Notes under the pieces: generated by a model
Seen by the model: the letters and a program-made list of their open reading frames with translations, nothing else
Database searches by the model: none
Told to the model about the DNA's origin: nothing
From: Tagaea sp.
GTDB lineage: Bacteria; Pseudomonadota; Alphaproteobacteria; CACIAM-22H2
Assembly: GCA_965279525.1 (NCBI GenBank)
Contig: CBDIIB010000002.1
Coordinates: 256,001 to 320,000 of the forward strand
DNA: 64,000 nt
Direction: 5' to 3'
Shown here: positions 57,179 to 64,000 of the stretch, piece after piece
Numbering within the stretch: the stretch's first letter is position 1
Layout of the letters: each line of letters opens with the position of its first letter
Program-made: the position numbers and the translations under genes

Positions 57179-57181
57179 GCG

Positions 57182-57781
57182 ATGCTGCCGCTCGACCAGT
57201 TCCTCGCACTGCTCGTCTTCTCGTTCGTGACCTCGGCCACGCCGGGGCCGAACAACATGATGTTGCTCGCCTCGGGCGTGAATTTCGGCTTCGCGCGCAC
57301 GATCCCGCACATGTTGGGCATCGGGCTCGGCTTCATGCTGATGGTGCTGCTGGTGGGTCTCGGGATCGGCCAGCTCTTCGCGCTGCTGCCGTGGCTGCAC
57401 ACGGCGCTGAAAGTCGTCGGTCTTGTCTACATGCTGTGGCTCGCGTGGAAGATCGCCAATGCCGGCACGATCGGCGAGGCGGGCGAATCCGGCCGGCCGA
57501 TGACGTTCCTTGCCGCCGCGGCATTCCAGTGGGTCAATCCGAAGGCCTGGGCGATGGCGATCTCGGCCGTCGCGACCTATACGCTGGCCGACGATTACAT
57601 CTTCAGCGTGGCCGTCGTCGCCCTCACGTTCGGCCTCGTCAACCTGCCGACGGTCTCGACCTGGGCGCTGTTCGGCGTCTGGCTGCGCCGGTTCCTTTCG
57701 GACCCGCGCACGGTGCGGTGGTTCAACTGGACGATGGCCATCCTGCTCGTGGCCTCGCTGCTGCCGGTCCTCGCGCCATGA
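57182..57781 (+). CDS. LysE/RhtB-family exporter
   Basis: TPGPNNMMLLASGVNFG, YMLWLAWKIA, FQWVNPKAW. Confidence 0.92.
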   Translation: MLPLDQFLALLVFSFVTSATPGPNNMMLLASGVNFGFARTIPHMLGIGLGFMLMVLLVGLGIGQLFALLPWLHTALKVVGLVYMLWLAWKIANAGTIGEAGESGRPMTFLAAAAFQWVNPKAWAMAISAVATYTLADDYIFSVAVVALTFGLVNLPTVSTWALFGVWLRRFLSDPRTVRWFNWTMAILLVASLLPVLAP

Positions 57782-58161
57782 ACCACGAATCGCTCGCCCG
57801 CATCTGCTACGACGCGATCCGCGCCTACGGGAAGACGATCGGCGAGGTCTATCTGCGCTGGCCGGACGCGCGACCCTCGGTGCGCGAGAGTTTCGCGGGT
57901 GCGGTCGCGTATCTGCTGGAAGCGCCTTCGGCAAGCGTCCGGGATCTCCACGGCCACTGGCTCGCCGTCCGCATCCAGCAGGGCTGGCAGTACGGTCCCC
58001 AGCGCGACGAGGCCCGGCGCCTGCATCCCGCGATGGTCCCGTGGGAGGACGTGGTCGAACGCGAATACCTGAAATTCGTGCTGATGCACCGGATCGTCGA
58101 TGTTTTCCGCGAGCATGTGGTGCCGCGCCTGAAAGTCGAAAAGGAACCGGGGCCGGGCTGA
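57778..58161 (+). CDS. Stand-alone RyR (ryanodine-receptor repeat) domain protein
   Basis: ATGA-coupled to lysE; LHGHWLAVRIQQGWQYGPQRDEARRLHPAMVPWEDV matches the RyR signature H..W......GW.YG..D....HP..VP. Confidence 0.8.
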   Translation: MNHESLARICYDAIRAYGKTIGEVYLRWPDARPSVRESFAGAVAYLLEAPSASVRDLHGHWLAVRIQQGWQYGPQRDEARRLHPAMVPWEDVVEREYLKFVLMHRIVDVFREHVVPRLKVEKEPGPG

Positions 58162-58213
58162 GGCCGCAAGTTCCGGGTGGTTCGCGGCTCCGCTTCTCCC
58201 TATTTTCATCGTC

Positions 58214-59059
58214 ATGAACGATTACGAACGCATCGAGAAGGCGTTGGCCTTCCTGGAGAGCAGCGTCGAGGACCAGCCGGATCTCGATCGCGTGGCAGCC
58301 GAGATCGGCCTGTCGCCCTTCCATTTCCAGCGGCTGTTCACGCGCTGGGTCGGGGTCAGCCCGAAGAAGTTCCTCCAGTATCTCAGCCTCGACCGCGCCA
58401 AGAAGTGCCTGGCGGGGGCGGGCTCGGTGCTCGACGCCAGCCTCGAGGCGGGCCTGTCGGGGCCGGGGCGCCTGCACGACCTGTTCGTGGCCTACGAGTC
58501 GGTCACGCCCGGCGAGTTCAAGCGGCGCGGCGAGGGGCTGGCGATCGCGTGGGGCTGGGCACAATCGCCGTTCGGCGACGCGCTGGTGATGACGACGGCG
58601 CGCGGAATCTGCGGCCTTGCCTTCGCCATGCCCGGCGAGGACGGGCGGGGCGAAGCGCTCGCCGACATGAAGGCGCGCTGGCCGGGGGCCGATTATCGCG
58701 AGGATGCGCGCGCGGTGGGCAAGCTCGCCGCGCGCCTGTTCGATCCGGCGCGAAAGCCGGGCGACGACCTGAAGATCGTGCTCTACGGCTCGCCCTGGCA
58801 GATCAAGGTGTGGGAGGCGCTGCTGACCATCCCGCCGGGCCAACTCGTTGCCTATGACGACATAGCACTTCGCATCGGTTCGCCATCCGCAAGCCGTGCG
58901 GTCGGCACGGCCGTGGGGGCGAACCCGATCTCGTGGCTCGTGCCGTGCCATCGCGTGATCCGCAAGTCGGGGGCGATCAGCCACTATCACTGGGGACGGC
59001 CGCGCAAGCTCGCGATGATCGGCTGGGAAGCCGCCCAGGCCGAGGCGTTGCTGTCCTAG
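58214..59059 (+). CDS. AraC-HTH + O6-methylguanine-DNA methyltransferase (Ada-like, lacking the N-terminal Zn domain)
   Basis: LSPFHFQRLFTRWVGVSPK; QIKVWEALLTIPPG, SRAVGTAVGANP, PCHRV active site. Confidence 0.92.
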   Translation: MNDYERIEKALAFLESSVEDQPDLDRVAAEIGLSPFHFQRLFTRWVGVSPKKFLQYLSLDRAKKCLAGAGSVLDASLEAGLSGPGRLHDLFVAYESVTPGEFKRRGEGLAIAWGWAQSPFGDALVMTTARGICGLAFAMPGEDGRGEALADMKARWPGADYREDARAVGKLAARLFDPARKPGDDLKIVLYGSPWQIKVWEALLTIPPGQLVAYDDIALRIGSPSASRAVGTAVGANPISWLVPCHRVIRKSGAISHYHWGRPRKLAMIGWEAAQAEALLS

Positions 59060-59391
59060 CTATGCGACCGGTATCCTGGCTTGGCGTCACGTTACGTCGC
59101 TTCGCAGGTGCTTGAAAGACATCGGGCGCTCTAGTCGAGAGTGCCGCCGCCTTCCGCTTCAATCTTCAATTCAAGCGGCCCGCTCGACAAGGTGGGAGCG
59201 ACGATCAGGCTGCCGGGCACCGTCAAAGTCGAGATCAAGGCGATCCTGTCGGCGAGGGTTGGTCGCCATGTGTGACGGCGGTCGCATTTAGGGGCCCCGG
59301 TCCCCTATTCGGAAACCAGCCGCACGAAGATATGACCGGTTTGGGACCCTGATCCCGAGACGGGAGCGGCTCCGGAACTTACACCGGCTCC

Positions 59392-60225
59392 ATGCTCGAC
59401 ACCTTCCTGGAACCGGCGTCTCGACGCCGGGACTTCGTCATCGCTTTGCACTGCTCGGGTGCCGGCCCCCGCCAATGGATGCCGCTCGCGACTACCCTCG
59501 GTCCGGATTACGACCTGTCCGCGCCGATGTATTTCGGCTCCGAGAAGATCGGGCCGTGGCCCGGCGAGACCGCATTCGCCCTCGCCGACGAAGCCGCGAG
59601 CAGCCTTTCCCTCATCGACGGCATGGACGGCAAGGTCCACCTCGTCGGCCACTCCTATGGCGGGGCACTCGCCCTCCATATCGCGCGAGTACGGCCCGAG
59701 CGCGTCGCCAGCCTCGTACTCTACGAGCCATCGGCGTTCCATCTGCTGAAGCAGATCGACGGCGCCACCGACGCCTTTGCCGAGATCGCCGGGATCAGCG
59801 AGAAGATCGCCGCGTCCGTCGTGCGCGGCGACTACCGCGACGCCGCGCACAATTTCATCGATTACTGGGGCGGGCCGGACGCCTGGGCAGCACTGCACCC
59901 GCCGGTCAAGCAGGCTCTCACCCGCTGGATGCCCAAGGCACCGCTCGATTTCCACGCCCTGTTCGAGGAACCGACGCCATTGAGCGTCTATTCGAAACTC
60001 GATTTTCCGGTGCTTCTGCTGCGTGGCGAGAACGCGCTGCACCCAAGCCGCCTGATCGTCGAAGCCCTCGCAGCTGCGTTGCCGATGACCCGGCTCCAGG
60101 TCATCGCCGGTGCCGGGCATATGGGGCCGCTCACTCATCCGGAATCGGTCGCCGCCGCGATCGCGCTTCGCATCGCCGACGCACGCGTCAACCCCTCCCC
60201 AGTCCCTTCGTTCGTCGTACGGTAA
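59392..60225 (+). CDS. Alpha/beta-fold hydrolase
   Basis: [15 protein letters not shown] nucleophile elbow, [14 protein letters not shown]. Confidence 0.88.
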   Translation: MLDTFLEPASRRRDFVIALHCSGAGPRQWMPLATTLGPDYDLSAPMYFGSEKIGPWPGETAFALADEAASSLSLIDGMDGKVHLVGHSYGGALALHIARVRPERVASLVLYEPSAFHLLKQIDGATDAFAEIAGISEKIAASVVRGDYRDAAHNFIDYWGGPDAWAALHPPVKQALTRWMPKAPLDFHALFEEPTPLSVYSKLDFPVLLLRGENALHPSRLIVEALAAALPMTRLQVIAGAGHMGPLTHPESVAAAIALRIADARVNPSPVPSFVVR

Positions 60226-60238
60226 AGGAACCCTGATC

Positions 60239-61021
60239 ATGAGAGTCTTCGGATTGGTTTACGGAGTTGCGGCCTATACCTTTTTTCTGGGCACGTTTCT
60301 GTACGCGATCGGCTTCGTCGGCAACCTGATCGTGCCGAAATCGATCGATGTCGGCGGCGCCGGCGCTCCGCTCGTCGAAGCGCTGATCGTCGATGTGCTG
60401 TTTCTCGCCTTGTTCGCGATCCAGCACAGCGTAATGGCTCGCCAGGGTTTCAAGCGTGTGTGGACGCGGATCATCCCCAAGCCGCTCGAGCGCAGCACGT
60501 ACGTCCTGCTGGCCAGCGTGATTCTCGTCGGCCTGTTCTACCACTGGCGGCCGATCATCGGAATCGTGTGGACGGTGGACAACGCCGCCGCGCGACAGGT
60601 TCTGCATGCCCTGTTCTGGTTCGGCTGGGCGACGGTGCTGGCCAGCACCTTCCTGATCAGCCATTTCGAGCTGTTCGGACTGAAACAAGTGGTCAATGCC
60701 GCACAGGGTCGCGACGTCGGCGAGATGGCCTTCAAGACGCCGGGCCTTTACCGCCTAGTGCGACACCCGCTTTATCTCGGTTTCCTCATCGCGTTCTGGT
60801 CGACGCCCGATATGACGGTCGGTCATCTGTTCTTCGCGATCGCGACGACCGGCTACATATTCATCGGCATCGCGCTCGAGGAGCGCGACCTGATCGGCAT
60901 GTTCGGGGAGCGCTACCGCCAGTATCGGCGCGAGGTGCGCATGCTCCTCCCGTTGCCGAAGCGGGCGGACAAGGCAGCCGAGGTGAGCGGGACCGGTCGA
61001 CTGGGTGCTCGCGATCTCTAG
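60239..61021 (+). CDS. mddA: Methanethiol S-methyltransferase MddA (ICMT/NnrU-like)
   Basis: YG...[66 protein letters not shown]. Confidence 0.85.
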   Translation: MRVFGLVYGVAAYTFFLGTFLYAIGFVGNLIVPKSIDVGGAGAPLVEALIVDVLFLALFAIQHSVMARQGFKRVWTRIIPKPLERSTYVLLASVILVGLFYHWRPIIGIVWTVDNAAARQVLHALFWFGWATVLASTFLISHFELFGLKQVVNAAQGRDVGEMAFKTPGLYRLVRHPLYLGFLIAFWSTPDMTVGHLFFAIATTGYIFIGIALEERDLIGMFGERYRQYRREVRMLLPLPKRADKAAEVSGTGRLGARDL

Positions 61022-61186
61022 GCGAGCCGCGACCGGTCGAAGATCGCCGCGCGTCATGCTCTCTCCTCGGCTGATTCCCGAAGATGAGCAGCGCGCGGCG
61101 TGCGCCTGCATGGTGACGCTGCTCGGCCTTCTCCTGGGGATGAAGCGCGATGTCGTCTCACCAACCGTCGATGCGCTGCATGCCGA

Positions 61187-61429
61187 ATGCGCGCCTTGTT
61201 CGACGAGCTGAGTCGCCTCGATCTGACCGCGGCGATGCCGCCGGACGTCGATCTGATTCGCGCCATCGCCAAGCGGCTGATCAGCGTTGGCGAAGAGCTG
61301 GATGACATCACTGCAAGCGTCCTGCCGACTTGCGACGAGGTCAGGATCCGGGCTGCCGGAGAACGTATGATTCGGTTCTCGGAATTCCTTTTCCAGCTCT
61401 CTCCGTCCCGGATTTCCGGCGACCATTAG
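61187..61429 (+). CDS. Small hypothetical protein
   Basis: 80-aa ORF (MRALFDELSRLDL...) with no recognisable motif. Confidence 0.3.
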   Translation: MRALFDELSRLDLTAAMPPDVDLIRAIAKRLISVGEELDDITASVLPTCDEVRIRAAGERMIRFSEFLFQLSPSRISGDH

Positions 61430-61643
61430 GCGCCAACGTCATACAGAGATTTTGCCCAATCTACTGGGATTCAATGATGTTCAGTTGGACCATGCGCCAC
61501 CCGTATTGACACCCCGGACGGTGCGTATTACCTCCGCAACCGCGGATAGCGTTAGCGCCTACAATCGTGTGGAAAGCGCTTCTGCGCGTGCCATTCGGCG
61601 CAGCGACCGGGTCGCGTCGGGGATTCGGATAAGGGGAGCGCCC

Positions 61644-62738
61644 ATGGGCACGACGACCGGACTTCGCCAACGCGTCCGCTTCTGCACATCTGCAGGCGAC
61701 GGCGCCCGCATTGCGTTTGCAAAGCGTGGCAACGGTCCACCGATCGTGAAGTCGGGAAATTCGCTCAGCCATCTCGATTTCGAGAAGGACAGCACGGTCT
61801 GGCGGCACTATGCGGCAGACCTTGCAAGCCATTACACATACATCAATTACGACCCGCGCGGCTGTGGCCTTTCCGACCGCGACGTCGGCGACATGTCGTT
61901 CGAGGCCTCGCTGCGCGATCTCGAAGCCGTGGTCGACGCGGCGAAGCTCGAGCGGTTCTCGCTGCTGGCGCTATGCGGCGGCTCGGCGGTGGCGCTCGCC
62001 TATGCCGCCAAGCATCCGGACCGCGTCAGCCACCTCGTGATCCATGGCGGCTACGCAATGGGCCCGATGCGCCGCTCGACTGCCCCGCATGTGCGCGAGG
62101 TTTATGAGAGCATCGCCAAACTCGTCGAGTTTGGTTGGGAGTTGGTGAGCCCGGCGATCCGCCAGATGATCGCCCTGCAGTTCCTGCCCGACGCGACGCC
62201 CGAGCACTATCGCGCCTTCCACGAATTTGCCCGCGCCTCGGTCTCCTCGAGCAGTTTCGCGGCTCGCTTCCGCATTCTGTACGACCTCGACGTCGGCGAA
62301 TTTGCGCGTCAGGTGACTTGTCCGACCCTCGTTACCCACTCGATGAACGACCAGTGGGTGCCGATGGAGGAAGGCCGCTTTCTCGCCAGCCTCATTCCGC
62401 AAGCGCAGTTCGTGCCGATCCGCAGCCAGAACCACCTGCTGCTCGCGCATGAATCGAGCTGGCGGCAGTGGATCGACGAGATCCGGTCGTTCATCTCGGC
62501 CGAGGCGTCTTACTCGCCGTTTTTCGGCGACCTGACGCGCCGTGAGCGCGAGCTCGTCGACCTGATGGCGCGCGGGCTGAGCAACATGGAGATCGCCGCC
62601 GAGCTCGAGCTCAGCCAGAAGACGGTCAAGAACTACATCACGAGCGTCTTCGCCAAGCTCGAAGTGGAAAGTCGCGCCCAGCTGATCGTGCGCGCCCGCG
62701 AAGCCGGCTTCGGCAGCCTGCAAGCCCTCGCCAGCTAG
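61644..62738 (+). CDS. Alpha/beta-hydrolase-fold + LuxR HTH transcriptional regulator
   Basis: QRVRFC...DGARIA, NYDPRGCGLSD, DLEAVVDA, LLALCGGS, NHLLL; C-terminal LTRRERELVDLMARGLSN.EIA..L.LS.KTVKN. Confidence 0.9.
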   Translation: MGTTTGLRQRVRFCTSAGDGARIAFAKRGNGPPIVKSGNSLSHLDFEKDSTVWRHYAADLASHYTYINYDPRGCGLSDRDVGDMSFEASLRDLEAVVDAAKLERFSLLALCGGSAVALAYAAKHPDRVSHLVIHGGYAMGPMRRSTAPHVREVYESIAKLVEFGWELVSPAIRQMIALQFLPDATPEHYRAFHEFARASVSSSSFAARFRILYDLDVGEFARQVTCPTLVTHSMNDQWVPMEEGRFLASLIPQAQFVPIRSQNHLLLAHESSWRQWIDEIRSFISAEASYSPFFGDLTRRERELVDLMARGLSNMEIAAELELSQKTVKNYITSVFAKLEVESRAQLIVRAREAGFGSLQALAS

Positions 62739-62837
62739 ATCGTCGATCGGACGCCTTGGGAGTCGCGAACAGGGCAGGCGTGGCACTGGCGGGGGCACCG
62801 CCGCACGGCTAGTCTCCCCGTCTGGGAGATACGTACG

Positions 62838-63302
62838 ATGACGGCACCGCGACAGGACTACTACCTCGATGAACTCAAGGTCGGCGACCGCTTCGAGAGC
62901 GGCGGCTACACGTTCACGGAATCGAGCATCATCGATTTCGCCTTCGCCTACGATCCGCAGCCCTTCCATATCGACGCCGACGCGGCGCACAAATCGAATT
63001 ATGGCGGACTGATCGCGTCGGGCTTCCATACGCTCGCGGTCGCGTTCCGGCTCCTTTATCAGACCGGCTTCATCCGCTCGGCTTCGATGGGCGGACCGGG
63101 CATGGACGAGCTGCGCTGGCTGAAGCCCGTCCATGTCGGCGACACGCTGCGTAGCCGGGGCGAGGTCAGGGACATCGTGCCGTCGAAATCGAAGCCCGAC
63201 CGCGGCATCCTCAAGTTCCACCTGACGGCGCTCAACCAGCGCGACGAGGCGGTGATGACGGTGACGCTCATCATCCTCGTCAAGCGGGTGCGCGACGCAT
63301 GA
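62838..63302 (+). CDS. MaoC-family dehydratase
   Basis: YDPQPFHID, GGLIASGFHT, GMDELRWLKPVHVGDTL. Confidence 0.9.
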   Translation: MTAPRQDYYLDELKVGDRFESGGYTFTESSIIDFAFAYDPQPFHIDADAAHKSNYGGLIASGFHTLAVAFRLLYQTGFIRSASMGGPGMDELRWLKPVHVGDTLRSRGEVRDIVPSKSKPDRGILKFHLTALNQRDEAVMTVTLIILVKRVRDA

Positions 63303-63793
63303 CCGGAAATTTCCGCATCCGCAAGGCAACCCAGGTCGACATGCCGGCCGTCTACCGGCTCGTGCGCGCGCTTGCCGTCTACGAGAAGCTGGCCGACAAG
63401 ATGACGGCCGGCGAAGCCGATTTGCGTGAAGCGCTGTTCGGCAAGCAGCCGCGCATCGAAGCGGCGCTGGCCGAAGCGCAAGACGGCCGTGCTGTCGGCA
63501 TCGCGATCTTCTACGAGAATTTCGCGACGTTCACCTGCACGCCGGGGTTCTATCTCGAAGACCTCTATGTCGACGAGGACGCGCGCGGGGCCGGCATCGG
63601 CAAGGCGCTGATTGCGTGGGGTGCGGCGCGTGCCCTCGAACGCGGCTGTGCGCGCTACCAGTGGGTCGTGCTCGACTGGAACAAGCCGGCGCGCGACTTC
63701 TACCGCTCGCTGGGTGCCGAGGAGACGCCCGAGTGGATCGGCGTGCGCGTAACGGGCGATGCGCTCCAGGCGCTCGCCGGCAAGGTGCTGTGA
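63299..63793 (+). CDS. GNAT acetyltransferase (polyamine SSAT-like)
   Basis: LAVYEKL, YLEDLYVD..ARGAGIGKAL, WVVLDWNKPARDFY. Confidence 0.9.
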   Translation: MTGNFRIRKATQVDMPAVYRLVRALAVYEKLADKMTAGEADLREALFGKQPRIEAALAEAQDGRAVGIAIFYENFATFTCTPGFYLEDLYVDEDARGAGIGKALIAWGAARALERGCARYQWVVLDWNKPARDFYRSLGAEETPEWIGVRVTGDALQALAGKVL

Positions 63794-64000
63794 TGTTCCG
63801 CCTGCTGCTCGTTCCTTGCCTGCTGCTCGCCTTCGACGGCGCGGCGGGCGAGCGCGCGGCGAGCGGTTCGCTTTTCGCGCTCGGCATGCCGAAGCCGGCT
63901 GCACTTGCGCTCGCCGGGCCCGAAGCGCTCACCGGCGTCCTTTGCGGCGGCATGGATGCGGTGATGGTCGAGCGCAGTGGCGCAAGCACGATGGCCGGCT
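63793..64000 (+). CDS. Hypothetical exported protein, 3' truncated by window edge
   Basis: TGATG coupling to the previous gene; MFRLLLVPCLLLAFDGAAG signal-like N-terminus; frame open to the end. Confidence 0.5.
   Translation, partial: MFRLLLVPCLLLAFDGAAGERAASGSLFALGMPKPAALALAGPEALTGVLCGGMDAVMVERSGASTMAG

Noticed and set aside
57778-58161. Prophage remnant around the RyR-domain gene
   Set aside because: Flanking genes are metabolic or repair genes and translationally coupled; no integrase, structural genes or att-like repeats seen

Overview
GC-rich alphaproteobacterial chromosome segment (Rhodospirillales-like by gene content; inference), mostly housekeeping and metabolic genes. I see no tRNA, rRNA, CRISPR array, integrase or transposase. 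In order: a partial AraC regulator and a gluconolactonase; an actP/DUF4212 acetate-type symporter locus with a CBS-DUF294 nucleotidyltransferase, a membrane-anchored DEDDh exonuclease and several uncharacterised proteins; COG0523 GTPase, ettA, mlaC/mlaA; sahR-metF-metH; cbtBA; uvrD-prmA; an orphan KdpD/E-like pair and an MFS transporter; 6S RNA-ygfA-ymdB-yebC-ruvCAB-ybgC-tolQRAB followed by FOUR tandem Pal/OmpA lipoprotein genes, then cpoB-tilS-ftsH-folP-glmM-thiD; THREE tandem MocR regulators divergent from a DUF1127-paiB-phzF-GNAT-GNAT-lysE-(RyR-domain)-ada cluster; and an accessory islet with an alpha/beta hydrolase, mddA and a hydrolase-LuxR regulator. Seven apparent +1 single-base insertions (DUF294 gene, uvrD x3, yebC x2, ruvB) look like consensus errors. 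Best candidates for undescribed biology: the stand-alone RyR-domain gene in the MocR-linked cluster, the ActP-linked nucleotidyltransferase/exonuclease module and the Pal paralog array. All family calls come from motif recognition by eye; no database search was run.
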